A stretch of 64,000 bases of DNA from Wickerhamiella versatilis (lineage: Eukaryota). The notes beneath the pieces are model-generated. The model saw nothing but the letters and a program-made list of their open reading frames with translations, searched no databases and was not told the origin of the DNA. This document shows, piece by piece, positions 29,083 to 39,797 of the stretch (position 1 is the first letter of the stretch; the number at the start of each line of letters is the position of its first letter). The position numbers and the translations under genes were made by a program. The stretch lies in assembly GCA_030867685.1 (NCBI GenBank), contig JAQOWU010000008.1, forward strand, positions 2,108,001-2,172,000, given 5' to 3'.

Positions 29083-31746
29083 ATGGCCCCTGGTCGCGAC
29101 GATGAAAGTGCTCTGGTACATTTTTACCGGAGCCTTGCTCCCTTTGATGGTATCACATTGAGGCTTTTTAAAACTAAGGAGAACGAGTATACTGCGATTG
29201 GTGCAGATTCACACCGTGTAGCGCAACTTGTATATCATACATCGGGAGGCCTGAGACGTATAGGTAGTGAGAAACTCGACAGCTGCTCATTGAATGTTAC
29301 AATGTTTGGAACGCTCTTGCAACGGGCCCTACAGCAGTTTGGGTTACGTGTCGAGCTCTATGAACAGAGACAAGCGAACAAATCAGCATGGTTTCTTGCA
29401 CGGCAAGCTACACCAGGAAACCTGCAGGAAATTGAGGACCTAATCCCACAGTCTTATGATCAGAAGCCTCTTATAGTAGGTGTTAAGCTCAGTGGTAATG
29501 CCCAATCCCGCACCGTGGGTCTCTGCTTTTTGGATACTCAGGCACAAACAATCGGGTTATGCGAGTTCATTGACAATGATCTTTTCAGCAACTTTGAGGC
29601 ATGCATAATTCAACTGGGTGCTAAAGAAGCTGTCATAAGCGATGATATGAGTCCTGAGACCAAGAAACTTCGATCACTTTTGCACCGACTCGACATTCTG
29701 GTGACGCCAAGAAAAAATTCATATTTTGCTGCAGATAATGCGGAGGATAGCATACTGAGGTTAACAGGAAATTCGAGGCTAGATCTGGTCCTCCAACTGG
29801 AGCAACGCACAGCTCTTGGAGCTGCGGCGGCAGTGATCGATTATTTGGGCTTAGCTCAACATCAGCAAGATTTTGGGCATTATGAGATGATCCAGCATAA
29901 TTTGCAGGATTTTATGAGACTGGATGCAGCAGCCCTCAAGGCATTGAATGTTCTCCCGTCTTCTCGTGACGGTTCGCGCACCATGTCGCTTTACGGCTTA
30001 TTGAACAACTGCAAGACATTAGCAGGCCAGAGAAAGCTTGGACAATGGCTTAAGCAACCACTCATGAATATTAAAGATATTGAAAAACGTCACAATCTTG
30101 TTGAGGTTTTTTTTAATGACTCTGTCACGCGTGCCAAATTTCAAAATGACAATTTTGCCGTTGTACCTGATATTTCCAGAATAGCAAGAAAATTTCATGC
30201 GGGTAAGGCACGCTTGGCTGATGTTGTTCGGTTGTATTTGCTAGTTATCAAACTACCTGAATTTTTGGCCGATTTACAAGAGATTCCTAGCAGTCTTGTA
30301 GAGGAGTTATGGGTTGATCCATTGAGAGGTTCTTCCAAAGAACTGGCAAAACTTACTGAATTGGTTGAAACTACGATTGATTTGACAGCGTTACAAAGAC
30401 ACGAATATCTCGTGAACCCAAACTTTGATGATCAGCTCAAGGACATTCGATCAGAGCTCACACAACTGGAGGGCAAAATAGATGAACACCTGGCTGATGC
30501 CCGCGAAGATTTGGATACCCCTAAAGTCACTATTGAAGATAATAAGCAGTATGGTCGCTGTTTCCGGGTCGTTAGAAGCTCTGCTGGTCTCCTAAGGGGA
30601 CAGAAGAAGTACATTGAGCTGGGACTCAACAAACAGGGCCAATATTTTACAACTCGGGTTCTGAGGGAACTTGTTGATGATTATTCTCAGCTCAAGCAAC
30701 AATACGATAAAACACAATCTTCTTTGGCTAACGAAATTACGAATGTTGCTTCTACTTATATTCCTGTGCTCCTACCTCTTGGAGAAATTCTGGCAGAAAT
30801 AGATGTGATAGTCAGTTTTGCACACACGTCTGCATTCGCCAAACTCCCCTATATCCGTCCGAAAATGTCCACAGACGGCCCAATTGTTCTTAAACAAGCT
30901 CGTCATCCCTGCATGGAGGCTCAGGACGATATGTTATTTATACCGAATGATGTGACCATGGAGCATGGTAACTCAGAATTCGCAATAATAACTGGCCCTA
31001 ACATGGGTGGTAAATCAACGTACATCCGTCAAATTGGAGTAATTGCTCATATGGCCCAGGTGGGTTGTTTTGTTCCTTGCGACGAGGCAGAACTTCCCAT
31101 AATAGATTGTATTTTGGCTCGTGTTGGCGCTGGTGATTCTCAGCTGAAAGGACTTTCGACTTTTATGAGTGAGATGATTGAAACTGCTGGTATTCTGAAG
31201 GCAGCCACCCCCAAATCCCTGATCATCATAGATGAGCTAGGGAGAGGGACTTCAACATATGATGGATTCGGTCTAGCTTGGGCCATCTCCCAGCATATAG
31301 TCACGCATATTGGATGCTTTACTATGTTTGCGACTCATTTCCATGAGTTAACGGCACTGAGCCAAAAGCATCCGCAAGTTACCAACCTACACGTTGCAGC
31401 GACGGCACGTGATGATGAGGATATCACTCTTCTCTACCAAGTAAAACCAGGAATCAGTGATAAGTCTTTTGGGATCCACGTTGCAGAAGTTGTGCACTTT
31501 CCAGAGAAAGTTGTGCGCATGGCTAAACGTAAAGCACACGAACTTGAGGCGCTGGATGCTAATGAAAATGTAGAAGAGGTTACTGCGGGCACTGAAATAC
31601 TACGTTCTATACTTCGTCAGTGGTCTGCAACAGCAGATATGTCTCGGCCTGGAGAAGCGTCTCAAGAACTTCGCAAATGCCTTGATAGTCACCGAGAAGA
31701 ACTCAACAAACATAGTTTTTTGAAGGAGCTATTTGTTAGTTTATAG
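29083..31746 (+). CDS. MSH2: Mismatch repair protein Msh2
   Basis: 'QATPGNLQEIEDL', 'FMRLDAAALKALN', 'ITGPNMGGKSTYIRQIG', 'ARVGAGDSQLKGLSTFM', 'DELGRGTSTYDGFGLAWAI', 'SFGIHVAE'. Confidence 0.97.
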   Translation: MAPGRDDESALVHFYRSLAPFDGITLRLFKTKENEYTAIGADSHRVAQLVYHTSGGLRRIGSEKLDSCSLNVTMFGTLLQRALQQFGLRVELYEQRQANKSAWFLARQATPGNLQEIEDLIPQSYDQKPLIVGVKLSGNAQSRTVGLCFLDTQAQTIGLCEFIDNDLFSNFEACIIQLGAKEAVISDDMSPETKKLRSLLHRLDILVTPRKNSYFAADNAEDSILRLTGNSRLDLVLQLEQRTALGAAAAVIDYLGLAQHQQDFGHYEMIQHNLQDFMRLDAAALKALNVLPSSRDGSRTMSLYGLLNNCKTLAGQRKLGQWLKQPLMNIKDIEKRHNLVEVFFNDSVTRAKFQNDNFAVVPDISRIARKFHAGKARLADVVRLYLLVIKLPEFLADLQEIPSSLVEELWVDPLRGSSKELAKLTELVETTIDLTALQRHEYLVNPNFDDQLKDIRSELTQLEGKIDEHLADAREDLDTPKVTIEDNKQYGRCFRVVRSSAGLLRGQKKYIELGLNKQGQYFTTRVLRELVDDYSQLKQQYDKTQSSLANEITNVASTYIPVLLPLGEILAEIDVIVSFAHTSAFAKLPYIRPKMSTDGPIVLKQARHPCMEAQDDMLFIPNDVTMEHGNSEFAIITGPNMGGKSTYIRQIGVIAHMAQVGCFVPCDEAELPIIDCILARVGAGDSQLKGLSTFMSEMIETAGILKAATPKSLIIIDELGRGTSTYDGFGLAWAISQHIVTHIGCFTMFATHFHELTALSQKHPQVTNLHVAATARDDEDITLLYQVKPGISDKSFGIHVAEVVHFPEKVVRMAKRKAHELEALDANENVEEVTAGTEILRSILRQWSATADMSRPGEASQELRKCLDSHREELNKHSFLKELFVSL

Positions 31747-31843
31747 AGGATATAAGGTTAAATTGACTCTGATTCTGATTTCGACCTATTAAACAATCTT
31801 GGAACCTCCACGCATGGGACCGTGGCATAGCTATTACGTCAGC

Positions 31844-33946
31844 ATGACTCTTGCCGACAAAGTGCAAAACATGTCTGTAAAAAGCAAGAAGCTCTATCCT
31901 GACGAGCCGAAATTTGCGTTTATTGATGAGAGGCAAAGTTTCTTCGATCAACTCCTCAGTGAACAGGAGAAGACTATCGCGGCTCAACCGCGAAAGGAGA
32001 TTTCCGTGAGAATTAAAAAGCCACTAGCTTTCAGCGCCCAGGGTACATCTTGGGAAACTACACCTATGCAGGTTGCAAAGGATGCTGGAGTTAACCTCGA
32101 TGAAGCTGTGATCTCAAAAGTAAACGGGCAGCTCTGGGATTTAGGTCGTCCATTGGAGGGCGATTCTGAAATCGAAGTCCTCACCTTCGATGATGAAGAG
32201 GGCCAGCAGGTGTTCTGGCATTCGTCAGCCCACATACTTGGAGAGGCTTGCGAATGCTATTATGGTGCGCACCTGTGTGTGGGACCACCTACCTCTGAGG
32301 GATTTTTCTACGAGATGTCATTGGATGACGGCAAACGTGCTGTGCAAGCCCAGGAGTACCCAGCTGTCGAAAATGTGGTTAAGAAGGTGGTCAAGGACAA
32401 ACAAAAGTTTGAAAGACTTGTTGTGTCGAAGGAAAATCTTGTCAAGATGTTCTCTTACAACAAGTATAAGGAAGAACTTATTCGAAAGAAGATTCCTGAC
32501 GGTACATCTTCTACAGTGTATAGATGTGGTCCACTTATTGATCTTTGCCGTGGTCCCCATATTCCACACACGGGGAGGGTGAAATCTTTCAAGGTTTTGA
32601 AAAATAGTGCATCATACTTTTTGGGTGACGCTAACAATGATTCGCTTCAACGGATGTATGGCGTGAGCTTTCCGAGTAAAGATAGGATGCAGGCGCATTT
32701 GAAGTTCCTGGAAGAAGCCCAACTTCGTGATCATCGCAAGATTGGTCGTGAACAGGAACTTTTCATGTTTAATGACTTGTCACCCGGCTCTGCATTTTGG
32801 CTGCCCCATGGTGCACGTATTTACAATGCCATGCAAGAGTTTATTAAAGAGCAGTATTGGAAACGTGGATTTGAGGAAGTAATCACGCCAAACATGTTTA
32901 ATGCTAAATTGTGGGAAACTAGTGGCCACTGGGCTAATTATAAGGATAACATGTTTTCTTTTGAAGTGGAGAAGGAGACTTTCGGCCTTAAACCGATGAA
33001 TTGTCCGGGGCATTGTGTCATCTTCAAGAGTCGCGACAGGAGTTATCGTGACTTGCCGTGGCGGGTTGCCGACTTCGGTGTACTCCATCGCAATGAGTAT
33101 AGTGGTGCCCTCACAGGATTAACACGCGTTCGCCGTTTCCAGCAAGATGATGCCCATATCTTCTGCACACACGAGCAGCTTGAACAGGAAATTACTGGTG
33201 CATTTGACTTCTTGAGGACTGTGTATGGTACACTCGGCTTTTCTTTCAAGATGGAGCTAAGTACGCGCCCCGATAAGTACTTAGGTGAGATTGAAACTTG
33301 GAATGGAGCTGAGAGAATGTTGAAGAATTCCTTAGATGCTTCAGGTGAAGCTTGGGAGCTGAATGAAGGAGACGGTGCTTTCTATGGACCAAAGATTGAT
33401 ATTATGATCTCCGATGCCCTGCGCCGCTGGCACCAGTGTGCGACTATCCAGCTCGATTTCCAGCTCCCTCAACGTTTTGAGCTTCAATATCAGGACCAAG
33501 CTGATGCCAATGCTGAAGAGAAACTCAAAAGGCCAATTATCATTCACCGGGCTATATACGGAAGCTTTGAACGTATGATCGCCATTCTGTGCGAGCACTA
33601 CTTTGGCAAATGGCCCTTGTGGCTTTCACCCCGTCAAGTGCTCGTCATCCCCGTAGGTGCTGGATTTAATGATTATGCCCAAGAAGTTCGCGATTATTTC
33701 CACAATAATGGCTTCTATGCAGACGTAGACCTTGGGCCTAACACTTTGCAGAAAAAGGTCCGTCAGGGACAGCTGTCGCAGTATAATTACTTGTTCATTG
33801 TTGGTGCTCAAGAGCAAGGTTCGCGCAGTGTGAATATTCGCCGTCGCGATGATCCATCGAAGCAATCTAAGGGCGAGAGTGTGCCACTGGATGATGCTCT
33901 AGACCTTTTGAAGAGGCTTAAAAGCACACGTGCACAGTCTGAGTAG
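31844..33946 (+). CDS. THS1: Cytosolic threonyl-tRNA synthetase (ATG 31844; in-frame ATG also at 31814)
   Basis: TGS domain, '[12 protein letters not shown]', 'DLCRGPHIP', 'RDHRKIG', '[10 protein letters not shown]', 'GAFYGPKID', '[12 protein letters not shown]', '[10 protein letters not shown]'. Confidence 0.97.
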   Translation: MTLADKVQNMSVKSKKLYPDEPKFAFIDERQSFFDQLLSEQEKTIAAQPRKEISVRIKKPLAFSAQGTSWETTPMQVAKDAGVNLDEAVISKVNGQLWDLGRPLEGDSEIEVLTFDDEEGQQVFWHSSAHILGEACECYYGAHLCVGPPTSEGFFYEMSLDDGKRAVQAQEYPAVENVVKKVVKDKQKFERLVVSKENLVKMFSYNKYKEELIRKKIPDGTSSTVYRCGPLIDLCRGPHIPHTGRVKSFKVLKNSASYFLGDANNDSLQRMYGVSFPSKDRMQAHLKFLEEAQLRDHRKIGREQELFMFNDLSPGSAFWLPHGARIYNAMQEFIKEQYWKRGFEEVITPNMFNAKLWETSGHWANYKDNMFSFEVEKETFGLKPMNCPGHCVIFKSRDRSYRDLPWRVADFGVLHRNEYSGALTGLTRVRRFQQDDAHIFCTHEQLEQEITGAFDFLRTVYGTLGFSFKMELSTRPDKYLGEIETWNGAERMLKNSLDASGEAWELNEGDGAFYGPKIDIMISDALRRWHQCATIQLDFQLPQRFELQYQDQADANAEEKLKRPIIIHRAIYGSFERMIAILCEHYFGKWPLWLSPRQVLVIPVGAGFNDYAQEVRDYFHNNGFYADVDLGPNTLQKKVRQGQLSQYNYLFIVGAQEQGSRSVNIRRRDDPSKQSKGESVPLDDALDLLKRLKSTRAQSE

Positions 33947-34234
33947 TAGCAGATAAATCTAGTAAAATGATATTATTGCGGAGTTTATATATGCTGTGAA
34001 TACTCTAACTGTGGTATCGGATATGGAATTCACCATCGTAGGAAATATAACCAATAATTAGTTGACATCGAAGTTTTAATTCAAATAGTCAATGAAGAGT
34101 GGGCTGCTTCTTCCGATGACACCATTTTATACATCATACCAATAGTTACTAGCTTACCTTTTATATCGCAAAAAATTTCTTTTTGAAGATATAACTGCCG
34201 TAATCCTCACATTATTGTGGGACGAGGAGACAAG

Positions 34235-34240
34235 ACGCGT
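34235..34240. promoter_or_regulatory. MCB element upstream of MCM4
   Basis: Exact ACGCGT about 55 bp before ATG. Confidence 0.55.
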
Positions 34241-34295
34241 TTGATGAGTAATACTTACCCTAGCCCGTGGTTAAATTAATTTCCTCCCAGGTTAG

Positions 34296-37247
34296 ATGGC
34301 TGAACCAACTGACACCGCAATGTCGCAAGACCAGTCGCCTGGTTCCTCGCCAGTTGACATTCCATCATCTCCATTAGGAGGTGCGGATGATAGATCAGTG
34401 CAAAGAGATTCGTCAAGACGAGCTGCGCACGGTGACAATGATTTGAACGAACCTGGGTTGCCAGGATGGGACTATGAACCCAGTAGTGACGATAGAAGTT
34501 GGGTGCATGTGCAAGCAGATGATATTGCTAGCGTTAATGGTGGTTCTCCCTTAAGAAGTGATGACAACGAGGGCAGTATTGCGTCCTCTCCTCCGAGGCT
34601 TCCTCCTTCTCGTAGTAATGATGAAAATACCAATACAGCAGGCCCTCTTGGTGACGACGAATTGGCATCCTCCCCTCCAGCTGAAGATAATGATGCACCA
34701 GCACCTTTAGAAGGTGCACACCCTAATTCTGACGATATGCGTGTCTGGGATGCAGATCTGCTCTCGAGCCCTCTTTCGATAACAAGCAGTGATCATTCGA
34801 GCTCTCCACCCTTGACTAGTGAGGCTCAACAAGAGTCTTACCCATCAACTGCCCATAGCTCTACTCGCCTTAGAGCTACACAGAGGCGTGGGGAATTTGC
34901 GGACTCAGAAACATCGAGAACCGTAGAGAGCGATAGTGGTGACTTGCCACCCAGTTCTGCAGGGTCCACGCTTCCAACCACGCCAACGAGGATGATTTGG
35001 GGAACAAATATTTCTATTGAGGAAGTCATGGCTACCTTCAAACGTTTTCTGACGCAATATGAAGCAAGCTATAGATTGAAGTTTGACAACAAACCCGATT
35101 TGGATGGCAATGGAAGTGAATTAGTTTACTATAATGTTTTGCGTGAAATGCGGCGACTGGGGACAACAACGCTCAATTTGGACGCTAGAAACCTTGATGC
35201 CTTCCCTCCATCCCGAAAATTGTATCAACAACTTATTAACTATCCTCAGGAGATTGTACCTCTTATGGATTTATGTATAAAGAATACCCTCTTAGCCATT
35301 ACGTCTGCGGAAGACTCTGAGCAGAGTCCTGAAATGGCTGAAATCGAGAGGCGTTCATACAGAGTAAGGCCCTATGGCCTCCCCTCAAAGCATGGCTTGC
35401 GGGATTTGAACCCTACAGATATCGATAAGCTTGTAACAATCAAAGGTCTTGTCATTCGCGCTTCGCCTGTCTTGCCAGATATGCGCGAGGCATTTTTCCG
35501 ATGCTCCGTCTGCAACCACACTGTTTTAGTAGAAATTGATCGAGGGGTTATTGCCGAGCCAACTCGATGCCCCCGTCCAGTATGTGAGGCTGCCGGAACT
35601 ATGAATCTTGTACACAATCGTTCAAAGTTTTCTGACAAGCAGGTTATAAGGCTCCAGGAGACGCCGGACGTCATTCCTGATGGCCAAACCCCACACTCGG
35701 TTTCACTCATAGCTTATGATGAACTCGTTGATTATCCAAAAGCTGGTGATAGAGTTGAAGTTACCGGTATTTTCCGTGGTGTCGCGGCAAGAGCCAACCC
35801 CATACAGCGTTCGGTAAAAAATCTATTCAAAACTTTTCTTGATGTTGTACACTTTCGCCGGTTGGATAGGAAGAGCGCCGGCTTGGTCCCCTTGAGTAAC
35901 GAGGTCTCTGAAACCCAGGCAGCAGCACAGGAAGGAAATGCAGCTTCAGACGATCCTGATTTGACTCCAGAGCAGGTTGAACGGATTAAACAGGCCAGCT
36001 TAAGACCAGACATTTATGAGCTTCTCTCTCGTTCGCTCGCACCGTCAATTTATGAACAGGATGATGTGAAGAAAGGGCTTTTGCTTCAATTATTTGGTGG
36101 TACTAATAAAATTCTAACGAAAGGTGGATCTCCACGATACAGAGGGGATATAAACATATTACTCTGTGGTGACCCATCTACGTCAAAATCGCAAATGTTA
36201 CAATATGTGCACAAACTTGCACCCCGTGGCATATATACATCGGGCAAAGGCTCATCTGCTGTAGGTCTGACTGCCTATGTAACTAAAGATCCAGATTCGA
36301 GGCAGCTTGTTCTTGAGTCTGGTGCGTTAGTACTGAGTGATGGTGGTGTTTGTTGCATTGACGAATTTGATAAGATGAGCGACTCAACCAGGTCAATTCT
36401 ACATGAAGTAATGGAGCAACAAACGGTCAGTGTTGCAAAGGCTGGCATTATCACAACCTTAAATGCCCGTACATCTATTCTTGCATCAGCGAACCCTGTT
36501 GGCTCTAGATATGACACATCGCTGCCAGTTATCCAGAATATCGATCTTCCTCCTTCCTTGCTTTCCCGTTTTGACTTGGTATATTTAATTTTGGACAAGG
36601 TTGACAAGCACGCAGACCGGGAGCTAGCTCGGCATATAACGTCAATGTATCTTGAGGATACTCCAGATAATGGTACGTCTCAGGAAGTTGTCTCAACAGA
36701 ATTTCTTGCGATGTACGTGGCTTACGCTAAGAGGCATATAAATCCACATATCACTCCTGGTGCCAAGAAGGAACTTGTGAAAGAATATGTGGCCATGCGG
36801 AAGGTTGGTGAGGACCAAAATACTGCTGAACATCGAATCACAGCGACAACACGGCAGCTAGAGTCCATGATCCGGCTTGCTGAGGCCCATGCAAAGCTTC
36901 GACTTTCTAATCGTGTAGAAGAGGAAGATGTCGTTGAGGCAGTACGGTTGATCCGTACAGCGATTAAAGATTATGCGACAGATCCTGCAACAGGTGTCAT
37001 TGATATGGATCTTGTTCAAACAGGCCAATCCCAGTCTCAAAGGGAGCAGCTAGAACGGACAAAACAAGATGTATTACGAATGCTTGAAGATGGCAAGCAG
37101 CCAGCATTGGACGATTTGGTTCGACGTATGGGTGACTTGTACACAGATGGTGATCACTCTGTACTAATTCGTGCAGCAATACGTTCATTGGCTTTGGAGG
37201 GAGAGGTTGTAATGAAAGGTCCCAAGAAGTGGATCAGGAAAGTATAA
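34296..37247 (+). CDS. MCM4: MCM helicase subunit Mcm4 (Cdc54)
   Basis: S/P-rich N-terminus, 'IWGTNIS', zinc finger, 'LQETPDVIPDGQTPHSVSL', 'LLCGDPSTSKSQMLQY', 'CCIDEFDKM', 'LLSRFDL', 'ATTRQLES'. Confidence 0.96.
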   Translation: MAEPTDTAMSQDQSPGSSPVDIPSSPLGGADDRSVQRDSSRRAAHGDNDLNEPGLPGWDYEPSSDDRSWVHVQADDIASVNGGSPLRSDDNEGSIASSPPRLPPSRSNDENTNTAGPLGDDELASSPPAEDNDAPAPLEGAHPNSDDMRVWDADLLSSPLSITSSDHSSSPPLTSEAQQESYPSTAHSSTRLRATQRRGEFADSETSRTVESDSGDLPPSSAGSTLPTTPTRMIWGTNISIEEVMATFKRFLTQYEASYRLKFDNKPDLDGNGSELVYYNVLREMRRLGTTTLNLDARNLDAFPPSRKLYQQLINYPQEIVPLMDLCIKNTLLAITSAEDSEQSPEMAEIERRSYRVRPYGLPSKHGLRDLNPTDIDKLVTIKGLVIRASPVLPDMREAFFRCSVCNHTVLVEIDRGVIAEPTRCPRPVCEAAGTMNLVHNRSKFSDKQVIRLQETPDVIPDGQTPHSVSLIAYDELVDYPKAGDRVEVTGIFRGVAARANPIQRSVKNLFKTFLDVVHFRRLDRKSAGLVPLSNEVSETQAAAQEGNAASDDPDLTPEQVERIKQASLRPDIYELLSRSLAPSIYEQDDVKKGLLLQLFGGTNKILTKGGSPRYRGDINILLCGDPSTSKSQMLQYVHKLAPRGIYTSGKGSSAVGLTAYVTKDPDSRQLVLESGALVLSDGGVCCIDEFDKMSDSTRSILHEVMEQQTVSVAKAGIITTLNARTSILASANPVGSRYDTSLPVIQNIDLPPSLLSRFDLVYLILDKVDKHADRELARHITSMYLEDTPDNGTSQEVVSTEFLAMYVAYAKRHINPHITPGAKKELVKEYVAMRKVGEDQNTAEHRITATTRQLESMIRLAEAHAKLRLSNRVEEEDVVEAVRLIRTAIKDYATDPATGVIDMDLVQTGQSQSQREQLERTKQDVLRMLEDGKQPALDDLVRRMGDLYTDGDHSVLIRAAIRSLALEGEVVMKGPKKWIRKV

Positions 37248-37356
37248 TTTAAATTATATTATATTATATATATATAGTCAATATTTTTCAATACAAGAGT
37301 ACTGCTGGATTCTGAAAAATAACACAGCTGAATGTCCGATTACATAATCGTTCATA

Positions 37357-37701
37357 ATGGAAACAGCTCAAGAAGCTCAGGCTCTTCAGCAGCAACTTCA
37401 GAAGGCTATAATTGAGCGACAGCAGTTAGAAACTCAACTCCAAGAGTCGCGAATTGTTAATAAGGAGTTTCAGCATCTCGCTGATGACGCGAAAGTATTT
37501 AAAATGATTGGTCCTGTTCTTGTACCACAGGAGAAGCCAGAGGCTGAAACCAACGTCCAAAAGAGGCTTGAGTTCATTGAATCTCGCATAAAACCAGTTG
37601 AGAAGAGGCTCAAGGAACTTCAAGATGCTTTGCAGAAGAAACAACAGGATCTTCAACAACTTATGGCTCAACAGGCCCCTAGTGCTCCCCAGCCAAGCTA
37701 G
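37357..37701 (+). CDS. YKE2: Prefoldin subunit 6
   Basis: 'RQQLETQLQES..V.KEF..L.DDAKVFKMIGPVLVPQEKPEAETNVQKRLEFI'. Confidence 0.92.
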   Translation: METAQEAQALQQQLQKAIIERQQLETQLQESRIVNKEFQHLADDAKVFKMIGPVLVPQEKPEAETNVQKRLEFIESRIKPVEKRLKELQDALQKKQQDLQQLMAQQAPSAPQPS

Positions 37702-37799
37702 GTTGATGTGACATCACTAGATATTACGAGCATAGACTAGTTTCAAGCAGAAAGAATAATTATTCTACCACAAAGTCGTGGGAATATGATATATACAAT

Positions 37800-39740
37800 C
37801 TATTTTTCACCCAGCACAGTGAGCAAGTCAACTGCCTGATTCACGATCTTAGATCCTTGCATTTCATTAAATTCAGCGGAGTCTTCAGCATGGAGAACAA
37901 AATTAGCTTCTATCCGGTGACCACCTAGCTTTCCACCTTCAATTTCTAGAAGTTGGAGCATTGTACCACCAAAGTCTAGTTCAGTCTGGGTCACGTATGC
38001 AAGACTAAGGTACCGATAATTCACACCTTCAATAGAAACAGAGTCGGGCACATATGTGTGGCTTCCTACCTCAATCTTCCTAAGATATTGTTCGAGCGGT
38101 TGACTGACGCTCTCAGTAGATGCTAGAGTGATTTTCAAATCAGCACTGTGTTGGGGCAATGATATGAAAGAAGAAGCTTCCTGCGGAACGCGAATAATCT
38201 TAGCCTCTTCGACATTTATCTTGCCTCTGTTTGTAGGAGCCCAAATTTCAACAGGTGGATTCATGACCATAGCATCACCTGGTTCCGGTACCAATTTAAT
38301 TTGAACAAGTTGCGTGTTAAGTGGGGCAAAGTCTTTTTTCTTAGCTGTAAATGCTTGCTTTACAGATAATGCATCACTTTTTGGTGTTACTTCATTTTTC
38401 TCTTCCTTCATTTTTTGGTGAGCCAAAAGCAGATCCCAACCAGCGAGTGGCTTTTCCTGCGCTACATCCTTGCCGTATAGCGGTAGGGTTCCAGCTAGTT
38501 TTGCAATCCAGGGAATATCTGTGGTGAACGTTTTGGGCATACCAGCACTGGGAAGTAATGATGAAGCAGCAGAGTGTAGAATGAAGCCAGCAGTGGCAGT
38601 TAATGTAAGGGAACTGCTTTTCGGGTGCCCCGCTACTAGCTTTTTCACCAGCGATTCTGCAAGATTCTGCCATAATAGAGGATCTTCACTATTAGTACTG
38701 GTGCTGAAAATGGGACTTTCCAATAATGCGTGCTTTGAAGGACTAAACTTCACAGGCTCCCTTGAGCGTATCGCTTCCCAACGACTCCACTTCGTATCAC
38801 GTTCCGCCCAGCTTAGTGCATAATTGTCACTGAATGGTCTGAAAGTATAACTAGGAATGTTTCCCTCTTGAACATCATAAAGCCATGTGCAAGGCTTAAA
38901 ATTACCAACATCCGGTATAAGTGATATTAAAAGCCGTCTGGCGATATAGGCATCGCTCTTTTCCAATGCATAGATTTGTAAATGCGTGTCTTTGAAAGTA
39001 AAGTAGGTATCAGTTAAGCGTTGAATAGCAGACATTTCTTGATCAGAAGGCTGCTTCAGCTTCATAAACTCTGTCATATCCATCTCAACCATGCGTATAG
39101 ACTCCTGGATCTCAGAGAGGCTAGCCAGTATCCAATTATACGTCGCTTTGGTCGAATCAACCAGTACTTGTCGAGTATCAGGCTGGACAGCTATTTTTGC
39201 ACCAGATTTCGTCCACTCCCGAACAATGCGGCCATTTTTACCTAGCAGCAACACAAAATCTCTCTTGCTTAAATCAAAAGAGTTGTGGAATATCATGTCT
39301 TCATCCGAGTTCACATCTGCAGAAACTCGCAGATTCCAACCACGAGCGATTATTTGGTCTATAAGCTTCGATTTGACTGTCATTGATGATCGTACTCCAT
39401 GTGACTTTAAGTAGGATAAGAGCTGTGAACGAGTAAAAGAATGGCTTAATTCGTTCTTGAGTTGTTGTGAACGTGCCCGACTTAGCACTGAAGCCACAGG
39501 TCGAAGAGCGTCAATGGCCTCAAGGGCCAATGGCTCTACTGACGGCTTGTTCTTTTTAAAAGATTTCTCGGGTCTTTGGACAGTAGATCTTATAAGAAAC
39601 TTTTGAAGCTCTTCCGTATCTTCAGGTGCTGGGGAAGATCGCGGCGCTCGAACTCGGCTGCGGTTGCGTAATAACTTTGTTTCCCGAGGATCTAGTATTA
39701 ATATATCCGGACGACGAACAGTTGATAAAAAACGACGCAT
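37800..39740 (-). CDS. SLS1: Mitochondrial inner-membrane-bound regulator, Sls1 family
   Basis: Arg-rich presequence 'MRRFLSTVRR'; 'LSHSFTRSQLLSYL..KSKLIDQII..GWNL'; KH-like 'LLLGKNGRIVREW'. Confidence 0.75.
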   Translation of the reverse strand: MRRFLSTVRRPDILILDPRETKLLRNRSRVRAPRSSPAPEDTEELQKFLIRSTVQRPEKSFKKNKPSVEPLALEAIDALRPVASVLSRARSQQLKNELSHSFTRSQLLSYLKSHGVRSSMTVKSKLIDQIIARGWNLRVSADVNSDEDMIFHNSFDLSKRDFVLLLGKNGRIVREWTKSGAKIAVQPDTRQVLVDSTKATYNWILASLSEIQESIRMVEMDMTEFMKLKQPSDQEMSAIQRLTDTYFTFKDTHLQIYALEKSDAYIARRLLISLIPDVGNFKPCTWLYDVQEGNIPSYTFRPFSDNYALSWAERDTKWSRWEAIRSREPVKFSPSKHALLESPIFSTSTNSEDPLLWQNLAESLVKKLVAGHPKSSSLTLTATAGFILHSAASSLLPSAGMPKTFTTDIPWIAKLAGTLPLYGKDVAQEKPLAGWDLLLAHQKMKEEKNEVTPKSDALSVKQAFTAKKKDFAPLNTQLVQIKLVPEPGDAMVMNPPVEIWAPTNRGKINVEEAKIIRVPQEASSFISLPQHSADLKITLASTESVSQPLEQYLRKIEVGSHTYVPDSVSIEGVNYRYLSLAYVTQTELDFGGTMLQLLEIEGGKLGGHRIEANFVLHAEDSAEFNEMQGSKIVNQAVDLLTVLGEK

Positions 39741-39797
39741 TCCCCGTCAGAACTTTCACTGACCGCAGATTATACCCTAACCCACAAATGCTTGAAA

